Shown here: one piece after another, positions 1 to 13,456 of the stretch
Layout of the letters: every line of letters starts with the position of its first letter
Position numbering within the stretch: the stretch's first letter is position 1
Assembly (NCBI GenBank): GCA_002633005.1
Contig: NMRA01000023.1
Location: 1,692,601 to 1,756,600, forward strand
DNA from: Phoronis australis
Lineage: Eukaryota; Animalia; Phoronida
Direction: 5' to 3'
DNA length: 64,000 nucleotides
Translations under genes and position numbers: made by a program
The notes under the pieces: model-generated
The model's input: only the letters and a program-made list of their open reading frames with translations
Told to the model about the DNA's origin: nothing
The model's database searches: none

Positions 1-949
1 TGTCAGAGTTAACTTGCGTTTCGGTTTGTAACCAGCAGACAATGCATGGATACGTTTAACAAACATAAATATATGCTATGTTCTTGTCATTGTTCGTTAC
101 TTTCTTCACTGAACTCGTTCCCACATCCATTACTGTTACGTTTAATGCAAAATTCGTTAAAATTGAGAAAGCGCATGTTTTGATGGTCGGGGACCCTCTT
201 TGTGCGCCGAATACGCAAGTCCAGCTTTTTATTGGGAAACCATGTGTTGACAGCGCAAACTCGATATTTTTTATTGAGAAAACGCATTTTTACAAAAGAG
301 AATCGGTTGTCTGTAACGTTTCATGTGCGTCAACAACGCAAACCAGACCCACTCATTGAAAAGCCCATATTTGTCACCAGGAAGACTCTTCACAACGCAG
401 CTCGGCCGATATTTCAAGTGAGATAGAGCAGTTTTGAAAAGATTCCGTCTCTTGCCGAGAACGGTTTTTGAGCATCGGCAATGCAAGCCGAATATTTCAT
501 ATTGAGAAAGCACATCTTTGAAAAGAAGAACCAACACTTGTTGGGAACGGTCTTTGTGCGTCGACGATGCACATTTCTTATTGGGAAAGCCAGATTTTCA
601 AAAATTAATCGCTCAGACCATTTGAGTCTCATTTACCTGCAATTATACTGCTATCAAATGACCGAGCCAGCATTGTTGATACTGCGACCGCTCATCGAAA
701 TAATGTACACCCACGAAATTCGGACACTAGCGGAAACCCAAATTTGGAGGTCCGCCAAATGCGGACACCACAAAATGATATTTCGCGAGATTCGTCCAAG
801 AATAAATTTTTTCTATTGGAATTAATTTTCAGTGTCCGAAAATCACGCGACTTTACCGTAGCAAGTCACATTACAGTGTTTAATTATTGGACCTTTTAGT
901 CTCACGCTTGCCAGTTAATTAAGTCACTTGTATCATAACTTTTACTTAC

Positions 950-1056
950 AAACTTCACACTTAATGTTCATGCTCTTGGCAATGTTGTTGATTCTAACCA
1001 ATGGTGTGTTCCCAATGTTCTCCAGAATCGTAGACATTATCTTAGGAGGCACCTTG
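950..1056 (-). CDS. CBS: Cystathionine beta-synthase, coding exon 2 (gene continues beyond the left edge)
   Basis: ttgcag acceptor and gtaagt donor; 107 nt; encodes (N)KVPPKIMSTILENIGNTPLVRINNIAKSMNIKCEV. This matches the IGxTPLVRIN segment of CBS just before the PLP-lysine motif. Phase is compatible with the previous exon. Confidence 0.93.
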
Positions 1057-1524
1057 CTGCAAGACAAGTTTTTGATCGCATGTCAGTAAAAATCAATTTA
1101 GCACAGAACAATGGCTGCAACTGATTGACTTCACTAGTTTGGCTGGGTCAATCGTCTAAGACATCTGAAAGTCACCATGGAGAACCAATCACATGTCCTA
1201 GCCAACTGACCTGGCGAAGTGGAACAACGGCAGATAATGTCACATTTAGAAGGCGCCACTGTGCAGTCCACACATTTTGTGTTGCAACATCAGTGATAAA
1301 TCACATCAGAACTTTGTAATAACCAAAAGTTGTAAACCCATATTCAAGGGCAAACAATAGAACACAATAAAACTCCTTTAAGTCAGACATGCATAAGTTG
1401 GATCAACACTCAACTCTGTGACACAATTCCACACAGTTGTTCTAAAAATGCATAACCATCAGACCAAGTGTCAGTACGGTTAAATCTGACTAACGAGTTT
1501 TTCTGTATTATTAGTCAGTTTTAC

Positions 1525-1661
1525 TTGGGCTCATGATGGTGAGGAGACTTGGACAGTGGGGTTTCCAGGGCGAAAGTACAGCGACTGGGCAGATCTGGAC
1601 GAATCCATTTCCTTTCTCCGCCCTCCTCCTTCGGACATCCATCTTTGGCTCCAGAAGGCAT
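1525..1661 (-). CDS. CBS: Cystathionine beta-synthase, coding exon 1 (N-terminal heme-binding region)
   Basis: ATG at 1661 (aaaccATG), 15 nt after a cccacag acceptor at 1677. Encodes MPSGAKDGCPKEEGGERKWIRPDLPSRCTFALETPLSKSPHHHEP; WIRPDxPSRCT...SPHHH is the metazoan CBS heme Cys/His ligand motif. Donor gtaaaa. Confidence 0.93.
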
Positions 1662-4261
1662 GGTTTGTGAGGGTTTCTGTGGGAAGTTTATAAATCAATA
1701 AATTAATTGGTTTGAATGATGACAGACTCACCCGCAGGTTTCAGCTTTCAGTTCTCAAATGAATTATAATCTTCACACAATGTATTTTGAAATACCATGA
1801 AGTCAGTGGTAGTGATATTGCCAAAGGCTAGACAGATACAACCACCTCATATTTTGTCAGATGATCTCAACAAACAAACGAAATCAAGCACAAAATCAAA
1901 GCATAAAATGAACTTTTGTGAATAAGAACATAATTGTTTTGATAAACTAGGTAAAGTTTATGCTAAAAACATTTCACAGTCCACAATAAGGACATTGTTT
2001 AAATGTTATTTACTAGGCCTTCACTAATTTTGCCATGATAAAGTAAAGTGTTTGGCACTAAACTTCTTGCAATTTTCAAATTTTGTTACTGGATTACTAG
2101 GCCTAGTGCAGAAATGTATCAAATGAGGTGCATCAAAAAACTCCAAACAGCACCATTTTTAATCCATTTTATCACGTTTTCTAGTGCAACCCTTTGTTTT
2201 GTTTTTAATACAGAAAGTTGTGTTCCTAATTACAAACAATAACACCAACAACGGAACAGGTTGACTTGATTTGGTCAAGTTTGAAATTTTTGCTAGTTTG
2301 GCACCAGTTAATCAGAATCACTAGTGGGACTGAATGTACTGCATCTAAATTAAGAATACCAGGAGAACAACTTGACCATGAGCAATTTGCCCCTGTTCAT
2401 TTGAGCTTTCACAGTTCACACATACATTCCATGAAACAAATATGGAGTAAATAATCCTGATTAGACAGCTGGGAAGTTTACTTCAGGATTGTCCACTACT
2501 TTGGGGCAAGTCCCCTGGTTGCAACAAATTACCCTACCTGGATAAGGTGGGGTAAGCTGTCACACGTGTGTCAAGTTGTCCTGATGCACACTACTACAAA
2601 ACCTAGTGACAACTCATTCCATGAGTAACTTGTTCTGGGATAACTTGTAGACTGTGGATGCCACTTCAGTTTCTAATGACTTCACACAAATGGTTGTGAA
2701 TGTGTGGGATAAATTATAACCATAGTGAACATATTCAGTATCTAACCAAAAAGTCCCTACCACATGATTTTTATCATCCAGAATTGATCACTACCATTTC
2801 ACCAAGGCAGAAAATACATTGCATGACTGACATACCGACTCTCCGTCCAACCTGAGTCGATAAAAATGACAAAAAATGCATTGTTCAAATGTCAGTCATA
2901 TTTATCTCGTTGCTTATTCTTGGTGTCAGCATTAATACAACTTTGCCAGCATTACACTGACAAATTACAAAGTTACATGAGATACGAAGACGATAGTACA
3001 AGTGTGTGACAGATATGCTGCATTGTGGGTAAATACCTAAGGCTGATAATGTACGGTAAAATATCAGGAGAAGACTTTTATCACACCTTCATAGCAAGCA
3101 AGCAGGTAAATACTAACTTATAAATAGTTTCCTTATCATATTATCTGTGACTATTAATAACTAAATTCAAAAATCCCATCAGACAATTGGTCAACTCTAA
3201 CAATTAAGAAGGTTTTCTCACCCACGAAACTCTACAGAGCAGAAATTCTTTCCAGGGCTTCAAATAAAATGCATAGTTTTAAAAAAAATATTTTTTGGAA
3301 GATATCTTTACTTTAGCTGCGTCATTTTCAATGACATTTTTTTCAGAAACGCAGAGACCATTGAGGTGTTTTTGTCTCAGTAGCTACATGAGTGTTCACA
3401 ACATCCAATTCAAGAAGAGATCAGAAACTTCTAAAGTTGGATTTTTTTAGGAATGACAGTATGTAACTTAAACCATTTTACTTCTTGTGAATTGTTTCCA
3501 TCCAAACACAAATATATGAACATAATTGGAAAAGCAAATACACTTGTAAAGAATGTGATTTATAGCGTATTCAGTGAATAATTAATGCACCAAACAACAA
3601 ATGAAAGCACTCCGAGGAGTGAAACTTGGCGAAATTAACAGAAAAGACGAGGATAGAGATGATGACGAAGATGATGGATATGACGACGATGGTGGCGATG
3701 ACAAGTAATGATAACATTCATATGATGAACATAGAGGTCAGAAATCAGCAAGAAATAGGCTACAATATTCAGTGACACTTGGCGAAATTTAACTGAAAAG
3801 ACGAAAATTCTTTCCCCAAGAAACAAAGTTGCTGTAATGCCAGTAACTTGTGATTTAGACCAATGAGTCTTGAGTTGCTGAGATGACTTCCATGTAATTA
3901 TTAGGCTTGGAAAGAGCCAATTCGTTTTCGTTTCATTGTGACACCAGGCTCAACAATTTAGCATGTTATACAAGGTCCATGAGGGGATATCAAAACAGGG
4001 TTTTTATGATTTTCATGCGAAAACTCAAAAGTTGCATAGGCCCTAAAATTCCTAAATGAAAACAAGATGGTGAGTACTGAGTACCAAGTCAAGTCAAGGC
4101 TAGTGGAGACGTGGACTGGGCAGAGCAGTCATTCTCAAACATGAACTGTTCAGCCGTGCAGCTTTGAAACAACAGTATCAACTGCATTTTAAAAACGAAC
4201 AATTTTTCTACACTAAAAAAATCACAGGCGTCTGTGTTACCACGATAAAAGATGCAAATTT

Positions 4262-4581
4262 AGTACTTACAGAATGCCTGACTTAACACACTGTGCAGTT
4301 TTCAGTGCAATCTCAATGTAGGTCACCTCAGTCTGTGCCCTAACACACCTTCTTTTCTTATTGGTCGGTTCCTCGTGACGTCATAGTGAAGCATGCCAGA
4401 TCAAACTATAATACATTATCGCTTTGTCCTCACCTGGCTCGGGGAGCCTTCGCACCATATAGACAGACACCTTATTAATTAAGATGTCTATGCTTCACAC
4501 GCTATCCGCGACGTCAGAGTGTGAGCCTCTACCTTGCAGGAACCAGATTGTACAGTGATTGTCGCCGGCTCTCTTTATATA
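4262..4581 (-). promoter_or_regulatory. Candidate CBS promoter and non-coding first-exon region
   Basis: CBS coding exon 1 starts at a splice acceptor, so a 5' UTR exon must lie upstream. Minus-strand elements here: TATATAAA (4574-4581), perfect CRE TGACGTCA (4376-4383), CCAAT (4360-4364), and donors cag|gtgagg (4433), aag|gtagag (~4532) and gtaagt (~4270). Confidence 0.45.
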
Positions 4582-4984
4582 CGGACATCCTACAGTGGCG
4601 GATCTACGTTTTCAGCAAGGGAGGGTTTAAGATTCCCGCCAAGGTCGAATCCTAGGCGCGTGACACCCCCCTCCCGTGTAAGATATTTTTTTGTTTTTGT
4701 AGCCAAATAGTGAAATTTCCATGCATCCTGGAAAGTTTCTGTCACTTAACATGTCTCTGGAGTTTTTCTTAAGTTCTGTATATTCTCCGTACTGTAGAAT
4801 TAGCTAGTATTTTAGCTCTGTTCATTTTGTAGATTTTAAATTTGTCGGATCAATAGCACTTGTGCTAACGTTTCATTGTGAAGCTCACCGACTTTTAAAT
4901 AAAGATTATTACTACTATTACTACTACCAGGAAGATCTCTTCCTGCTACTACTACTAATATCTGGACCCGACGCCATTCTAGGA

Positions 4985-6265
4985 CAGTGGCGGGTCTACG
5001 GGGGGGTTCAGGGGGTTTAAACCCCCCCTTGGGCCAGGACCCCCCCCAAAAAAACGTCTCCAGCAAAACAAAAACGGCATCGCTAGCGTGTGTAAACCTC
5101 AAGTAAACCAACTTGGAAAAAATTGAGGGGGGGGTACACTCTGAAAATATAATTTTTGCATTGTGAATTGCTGAGTATTCGTGGCTCATCGGCAAAACGC
5201 GTGGGGATTAATTGTGCGCGCGCTTCCGTCGACACGTCTGAAGTAGCCAAGCATTTTAGATGGATTCACCGCTGAAAGAGCAGTTGTTTGCTGATTTCTT
5301 TAGGTAACTAGCTTCTTTACTCTAAGATACATTTTGATTTGATTATAGGGGAAATACTGCGGTGCCGCAACCCTGATATTCAGGCGAATTGACGTGCAAC
5401 GTTTTTACCTCATCTGTCATGCCGTGTCATGCCGTGTCAATCTATTACAATCCACACGTTTATAACTGATGAATATAAATTTGTCTTGCGCAATATCATA
5501 CAATGTACATATACATGTAATATTTAAAATTCTTTTTCCGAAGAATTGCTATTGTGGCGGGCGCCGTGGTCTGGTCGCGAGTCCGTTTGAAGATACACTC
5601 TAACAAGTTATGTCTATACAAGGAATGACCAAGGGGGCACTCATATTGAGAAAGTGACCGCATTCGCGAAAAGTGTACAGTACCAGAAATTGCGGGGATG
5701 CTGTTCTTTCACAACAAAGTCTTGCGGGACTCGTGCGATGTTCAATAGACCTCCTAAGGAGCCCTAGTTCCCACCTCAACACCTACCGTCTTTCTACCTG
5801 CAATAAGCACACTGCAGTCTTCTATACTGGGAATTTCCGCAGAAAGGCCCACCTGATGAAACGCTCATGCCCATGGGCATTTGTTTGGTATTAGTACTTC
5901 GGGTTTCAAGCGTTCAGACATTGGGACGTTTATTTCGAAAATTACAAGAGATGCAAATACGTCCTGGGATACATCGTGAAGGTTTGAAGTAGTCCATGAC
6001 GAACGGATCAAATTTAGTTGCGCATGTAAGTCTTTTGAATGGACTTGGCAACCTCAAGGGTCTTAGTGCCAACTGAGCTGCGAAACGAGATGCTGACATT
6101 GTAGAGGCTTACAAGCTCATTGACACAGCAGCGGACGAAGTGCAAGCGTTGGGAAAAAACATCGAAGATATCTGGGTAGAATGGTTCCAAGACGAGCAAA
6201 CCATTGGATCCGATATACAAATTCCTCGGCAGTCTAGACAACAGAAAGATAGGACTAACGTATGA
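4985..6265 (+). pseudogene. Decayed hAT (Tip100/PRKRIR-like) transposon with transposase fragment
   Basis: Starts with a CAGTGGCGGGTC TIR-like end. 6011-6265 translates as NLVAHVSLLNGLGNLKGLSAN*AAKRDADIVEAYKLIDTAADEVQALGKNIEDIWVEWFQDEQTIGSDIQIPRQSRQQKDRTNV, resembling the LS..LQ...DI..A...I and PR...RQ..R.N segments of Tip100-type hAT transposases. Contains stops. Confidence 0.65.
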
Positions 6266-7239
6266 GTAACCACTGGGGATTAAAATTTTAGAGAGAAGTT
6301 TTCAATTCAAAATTTTTTGCATAGTACACTTTAGGTCTCGCGACGGACCAGGCCAGCTTGATTTGTGTAGATGTTGAGTTTCAGTGTACTTCTGGTCCCT
6401 CGGCGAACTAGTCTTGTAATTTTTTTTACCAAAGTGTGCTTTTTAAAACTATTTATCTCAGCCAGTAGTGTTTGGTCTCGCGACAAATCGACTATTTTTA
6501 TAGGGATAATAAGCACAGGTGTACTCTTGGTCTCGTGACGGACCAGGTCAGCTTTTTGTGTACTCTCAGTGTACATCTGGTCCCTCTGCAAACTAGTCCA
6601 GTGTATCTTTTCACCACTGTGCACAGGATGTTTTGGTTTCGAGAAACTGTTTTTAGGTGATTTGTTTCCTGATAGATTTGACGTTTTTCAATTGTTGTCA
6701 ACATGATTCAGCTTAATAAAGTGATACCTAATTATTTATTGTCGCTTTTAATAATAGACTATGAGTTGAGAGCACCATCCTTCGCCAGTTTTTCTCGTAA
6801 CAAGACTGAACACATGTTTATTTCCGGACTAACAGCAAAGGTCTTCGTGCTTAAACAACTTGAGGCTGCTGTTACTCGATCATCTGATATTCAAGGTTTT
6901 ACGCCCCGTCGGTGCTCCTTATGCTCTTGAATATTTGGAAGTTGTCTAAACCCCTGTATAGACAACACAGTTTTTCGTATACGACTTTTCGTAAGCTAAA
7001 AAAGGTGTGTGTAAGCAGATGTTCCAACACAAATTTTTGCTGGTGGGGTGACTCATACCCAGATGTGCACAATATGGTTTCACGAAACTTATCATGAGCC
7101 AAGTTCATGTGACGAAATCGAGAAGGGTTTTTAATTATCTTAAACATAAAATACAAAAGCATGTTACGGAGCGTGTACTGAGGCATCAGTTTTCACAAGA
7201 GCAGATCTCAGAGAAAAAGTCATGAGCAAGAGTGGCAAA

Positions 7240-7488
7240 TTCATTTAAGGCAGTACATTGTCTCATTACTGATGGCAATGAGTTCCACAGCAAAGTACCT
7301 TTATGGGAGATTGAGTTACATCCGTAAGTCATCGTATTAAAGCGTTTCACATAGAGACAGTTTTCTCCTCTGAGACCTTATCCAGACTCTCTAAATTCAA
7401 GCTTTCCTGACAAAGGACAGGGTCCAATAATATGAACATTTTTGAATACTTCAATAGATAAACATTTCATCCGCCAACTAGTTAGAGA
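7240..7488 (-). mobile_element. LINE (CR1/L2/Crack-like) ORF2 C-terminal remnant
   Basis: Minus frame reads SLTSWRMKCLSIEVFKNVHIIGP...*GLRG...KRFNTMTYGCNSISHKGTLLWNSLPSVMRQCTALNEF. The G..S....G..LWN.LP...R....L..F pattern is typical of the CR1/L2 ORF2 end. One in-frame stop. Confidence 0.7.
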
Positions 7489-7960
7489 GCAGCTCCTAGC
7501 CTTAACTGAGTTGTGAGTAGCTGACGTAAGGGGGTCCAAGATTCCAATACGGGTCGGAGCAAAATGATCAGATGGTCGATTTCTGTGTGAGGACTGACTG
7601 GAACATTTTATTTCACATTGGTCAACTAGTTGAGTGGAGAGAAAAGTGTACGCGATTAACTAGGGCATGTGCGCTTGGCCGCTGACAGGCCCGTAACCTC
7701 CGTAGTGCACGGAATTAGAATGAAGGGCGATGTACGCCGGTACACGACGTGAGGTTGACGAGGCATTTTGTGATTCAAACAAAATATTTGAAGCCCGGGC
7801 ATACTTTATAATCTGACACATTTGTATTCTACTGACGACATTTTGCCAGCAAGTCTCAAGTCTGTGTATCTCGTGATTATTCACAATGAGACACCTAAAG
7901 AATATTCTTCTGTTGTTCAATCGTGTACGACACTGGAAGATCCGTGGCCTCAATCTCAGG

Positions 7961-9081
7961 GCCGGTGCAGCATTAAATAATGACCCCGTGTCATTTTTTA
8001 ACATGAAAAAATGACCCCGATCGCTTTAAATGGGGTCTAATTAAATTTAATGGGAACTACCCGAAGGGACCATTTTTTCACATATAAATAAGACCTTAAG
8101 GTCAAAAAGCAAAGAACATATACTTCCTTTCCTGCGCATCGCTCGGGATTCACTGAGCTGCCAGTCCTCTCTCACAGATCTGAAGTCTAGCTCCGTACTG
8201 AGTTCCCCCCCCCNTTCCCCCCCCCCCCTCCCCGGCCCGATCTAACACCATGCAGTTTTTGGTGTTTTGTAGTATCCTCACACCGTGTAATTGTTTGCTC
8301 CCAAAGAGATCAGCCCCGCTCTTACACATTATTTCAAACCGTTCCTTCTCGTCCGTTAGATAGACCGCGCGCTGGCTCAGCCGAGAAATTTAAAATTCTT
8401 CTCTCACGCACGCTTAGCCCTCTCACGGATTCAAATTTCCCCGATCCAAGTGAGGCAGCACTTTAGTTTTCGCTTCTCAGTCACGGACATAATAATATTC
8501 TTGCTCGCCGGAACAATGAGACCAGACCATGCAGCTTCCACACATCACATTCTTGGCATGCACGTCGTTACTTAATTTGCTCTGTCTAATTGCATATATA
8601 CTGAAAAAACAAGACATATAGATTTCTTTTGCCGCGCGACACTTATGTGAGCATAAAAGTCTTCACTCACAGTCGCGCACGCTATTCCCCTCTCATGTAT
8701 GCAAATCATCCATCCGCATCTTTGTCGATTGCGTTCTCGGAGGCATTTCTGTATACCGGCAATTTAACAAGATATTTCTCGATCGCACAGAGACTAGTAG
8801 TCCGGGGACCAGCTAACCCTAACCTTAATCCACGCCAGTAGCCCCCCCCCCCAACGGGGAGGTCATCCCCAGACACAGTAAATTATTGAAAGATCCCCTA
8901 TCATCATGCGGGTAGTGCCTATCCCAACCCCCTGTTGCGGGCCGGGAGCTGACAGGACAAGTTTTCACGGGCGTGAGGTAATTTTTTCATGGGTTAAAAT
9001 TCTTCACATTAAATTTGAATTCCGTGAAAAAATACCCATGGGTCATTTTTTCACGGGATATTTATTTAATACTACACCGGC
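7961..9081. mobile_element. Non-autonomous DNA transposon (MITE)
   Basis: Terminal inverted repeats gccggtgcagcattaaataa and ttatttaatactacaccggc, plus subterminal aaaaaatgaccc/gggtcatttttt. TSD is not clean. Confidence 0.6.
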
Positions 9082-9194
9082 CAGCGTTCGTTGCATCCTC
9101 CGGTCCCCCAAGTCTCAAGACTGATAACGCTGATCGGTTTAGCCACTTGTTACCTGGTTCCCAGGGCTCATGCTCTGAAGTCACGGTGTGAAGG

Positions 9195-10621
9195 CTATGG
9201 AAAGCCAAAGGGAAAAATATCGAAGACACAAAATTTCTATTCGATAATTAAATTCTTTGCAGGACCAGAAAAATATACTCAAACCGTAACTTTATCGCGC
9301 CAGGACCTATAATTTACTAATAACGTCAGGATCAAAATTTCAGTACTCAACACCTCAGGACCGAACACGCCAGGGACACAAAATTTATTACGTCAGGAAA
9401 ATTTCACATGTCAACTGAGGAAAATTTTACGTCATGAATTTCATGCCAGAAGAGACAACTCACCAGACCACCTACGAGCGCGCGACCCCTCAAAGAAATT
9501 GCGTAATAGGTACACAATGTCTCGCGCGCCGACGATATTCACATTATCATAACAATGAGGTTGAATTTCTGCTGTCTCATCCACGTTTTATAACAGAATG
9601 CTATGTATTAGACTTGAATATAGGGATGAGTATTACGAACACACAGCGGATCGTCATTTTCACGTAGTGTCGTGGCTAGTGAAATTTTGTCTGAGTCAAG
9701 TGGCAAGAAATTCTACGTCCTAGCGTGATAAATTTTGTGTCCTGACAGGATAAATTATGGGCGGCGCAACATAGGGTTCAGAAGGGCTATTGACCCTTTC
9801 TTTTTTCGGCTGCACCGCCCATCTTTCTATGGGGGTGCCATAGGCGGATTTAGGGGGGGNNNNNNNNNNNNNNNNNNNNNNNNNNNNNNNNNNNNNNNNN
9901 NNNNNNNNNNNNNNNNNNNNNNNNNNNNNNNNNNNNNNNNNNNNNNNNNNNNNNNNNNNNNNNNNNNNNNNNNNNNNNNNNNNNNNNNNNNNNNNNNNNN
10001 NNNNNNNNNNNNNNNNNNNNNNNNNNNNNNNNNNNNNNNNNNNNNNNNNNNNNNNNNNNNNNNNNNNNNNNNNNNNNNNNNNNNNNNNNNNNNNNNNNNN
10101 NNNNNNNNNNNNNNNNNNNNNNNNNNNNNNNNNNNNNNNNNNNNNNNNNNNNNNNNNNNNNNNNNNNNNNNNNNNNNNNNNNNNNNNNNNNNNNNNNNNN
10201 NNNNNNNNNNNNNNNNNNNNNNNNNNNNNNNNNNNNNNNNNNNNNNNNNNNNNNNNNNNNNNNNNNNNNNNNNNNNNNNNNNNNNNNNNNNNNNNNNNNN
10301 NNNNNNNNNNNNNNNNNNNNNNNNNNNNNNNNNNNNNNNNNNNNNNNNNNNTCTACAATCGTGGTTTGCACAAATGCTTACACCCGGAGAAAATGTTGGG
10401 CCCCCCCCCCTTGTGATATCCTAGATCCGCCACTGGGTGCACGCACCACAGGGGCTATAGCCCCTCCCATGCACTTTTCGGTGATGCGCCACCCATGTAA
10501 ATTATAGGTTCCGGCGCAATAAATTTTAGGTTTCGGGTATATTTTTTGTGGACCTGCAGAGAATCTAACTCTTGAATAGATATTTCATGTCCTGGAATTT
10601 TTCCGATTTGGGTTTCTGTAG
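9195..10621. mobile_element. Long-TIR foldback element with two nested MITEs
   Basis: About 120-bp imperfect inverted repeats (9195-9316 vs 10499-10621) flanked by an aagg direct repeat (9191-9194, 10622-10625). Contains a MITE at 9756-10497 (TSD taaat), which contains a MITE at 9839-10435 (TSD ggtgc; spans an N gap). Confidence 0.7.
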
Positions 10622-10809
10622 AAGGCCACCCAGCGAGGACTGTGCAGGACGGGAGACCACTCCGCGCAGACCGGTCGCCAGCCGACTAGAGCAACGTCTT
10701 TCGTTAAAAAGACGGTCTCGCCACCTGGTGATAGTAAACGATAATGCTTTCCTCGGATACATGATATTCTGAAGGACAACCCTCATCAATAACATTTCAG
10801 AATTCAAAA

Positions 10810-10890
10810 ATGGCGTCCACAGATCAGACAGACGAGTCCTTGTATCCGATTGCTGTTTTGATTGACGAACTTAGAAATGAAGATGTTCAG
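10810..10890 (+). CDS. PPP2R1A: PP2A A subunit exon 1
   Basis: aaaATGG start; MASTDQTDESLYPIAVLIDELRNEDVQ; donor gtaaac. Confidence 0.96.
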
Positions 10891-12697
10891 GTAAACAAAT
10901 TAAGTGTTTTTCAAACTGATGTAGCATGACGCCTATTGTTCGGTTGTCTCGTGAATTACTTATTGCCAGATTACGTACTTTGGTTGTAACAAAACGCGAA
11001 AACATCCACTTCCGTCTTCATTCGGAACGATTTCTGCAGTTGTTTGAAGGAACTTCGGTAATTCGTATAAAATGAATATATTGCACTATTAGTGCTGGTT
11101 TTAGTGAATGTGTGTCAGTCGTCTTCCACTTAGAATTAGTTCCAAAATAGACTCCGGTGACCTTACCTAAAGTGAATAATTATAAGCATAAAAAGCAGCT
11201 GATTCAAATACCACCCAGTCGTGTCCGTTAGCAACTGCTCATGTGATGTCATGGACATGTATCAGCCTTCACAAATATACGTGTTTTTCCAGTCTTAACC
11301 TGTGTTTGTCTCCGTAAGTAGAGTTTTGAAACCGGTCGCTCATATCGCCTTCCATTTTGAATAAGGCCCTTAAGTCGTGACCATTTCGTTTAGACGGAAA
11401 TTCACGAAGTAAGGCCACACAAATCAACTACAGTGCTTACAGTTACTCGAGACGACATAAAAACGCATTGCATTGTTTATTAATTCAGTTTCAATTGAAA
11501 TAAATTGTTATGTGTTTTGCACCCAATGCCGATGAGCACAGACGTTTTTAATGAGGATGTTTACGGAAAACGTTAAGAACCCAGCTTCAGTTATCTCTCA
11601 GTATTTTATTGCTTTGGCTTTACAAAACTTGATCGACCCTGGGACATTTTGATACATTGTTCAAGCTACCCCCGGAACTCGTGTGTTTGTGCAAATCTGA
11701 ATTAGTGAAATATGCAGTTTTTAAGATACATTTGAAAAAAGAAGCCACTCACTGACTGTTTATTATCATATTGTGAATACCAACATGTCCGGGTATTTGT
11801 TTGATATTCGTAAGCAGACGTACGCTGGAAACTTCAACACTAGATGTTGCGGGACCACGCAGAAGAGGAAATAAAATTGTTCACGACTTTAGGGCACTCA
11901 CGACTTTAGGACCTCCGACGGTGCATATTAAACTTTAAAGTCACTACACCTAAATATCGGACGGACCTAAATTTCGGACGTTTTTATAAAGTCTTGGACT
12001 TACCTGAGGCACAATCTGAGAAATATCACACTACTTTCCAGCCCCCTTTAATGCATTCCATATTTGGCACCATCTAGTTTTTTATTGTGTTCTCCCATTT
12101 TGATTTCAGTGAGAGTGTGAAATTTAGACACCGAATTCGGCCCATGTGCTGAAATGGAAGATCGCATCAAATGGTTATAAAAGTTAAAACTAAAATCTAT
12201 CTCTGCAATGAAAATACCTTTTATTACGAACAAAGCTGTGTTCTTGCAGCACCTCAAAAGACATGAGCTGCAATAATAGTGGGGTTCATGGGTACAAGTA
12301 CAGCCCATGTTAGAGGTATCATACATGCAAGTATAGCACGTGTTCCCAATTTCCAAATCAGGAAATTTCAATTTTGTCTTCAATTTTGGTGTACCAAATG
12401 ATGAAAGCCATCCTTAAGTGGAAAATATTCCGAGATCAGCTTGATTTCAGAATGTGTGAACAATATTTATTACGGATAAAAGTAAGATACATCATCTCAA
12501 GCAAAAAAAACTTATCTCCCAGATGGTTCTCGCAGTATAACAAACATGGTAATGAACAATGGTATAAATAATGAAATTGTTTTGAAGATATAATGGTAAT
12601 AAGTTTGATAATGGCAAAGCAAGAAATTTTAATGACCGATGACTACTCTCCAATACATGACTAGTGTAATGGTTTGTTTCTATTTGTTGTTTATTAG

Positions 12698-12955
<258 letters not shown>

Positions 12956-13121
12956 TAATACTAATTGCAGCATTTAGAATGATAAATGAAGCATCTTTAT
13001 TAAAGGTTGTATTCTTTCACAACAGAGTTCAAACGTATCCTTTTAGTGGAGTTCTTTTACTGTTATTGATATTTCTGTCAAATGTTGCTGCTAGTTATCT
13101 CTAGTGCGTTGTTTTCTTCAG

Positions 13122-13222
13122 ATACAATATACGATGAAGATGAGGTGCTTTTGGCATTGGCAGAACAACTGGGTGACTTTGTAGCTCTAGTTGGTGGGCC
13201 AGATTACGTTAGCTGTTTACTG
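13122..13222 (+). CDS. PPP2R1A: PP2A A subunit exon 3
   Basis: ttcag acceptor; [34 protein letters not shown]; donor gtaaat. Confidence 0.96.
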
Positions 13223-13273
13223 GTAAATATTGTGAGCGTGTGATAAATGATACATGCTTGTATGGAGTGCAGG

Positions 13274-13275
<2 letters not shown>

Positions 13276-13313
<38 letters not shown>
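13276..13313. repeat. (TG)n microsatellite
   Basis: Pure TG run. Confidence 0.95.
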
Positions 13314-13315
<2 letters not shown>

Positions 13316-13456
13316 AATGCTTCTGCCCAACTACTTGTTTCCTGGTGTCCACTGAATGCCAGTAAAGCCTCTTTATGTTATGTAGTTGTGTTTTTGCAGG
13401 TTCCCACAACTGTGGTATTATAAAATAGTTATCTGTAGTAACTTATTGTTACATGA

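Noticed and set aside
3601-3708. Short acidic ORF MKALRG...DDDEDDGYDDDGGDDK
   Set aside because: A 35-codon low-complexity GAT/GAC stretch antisense to the CBS upstream region, with no other support.
9735-10424. 229-aa and 173-aa ORFs
   Set aside because: They are open only because they span an N gap.
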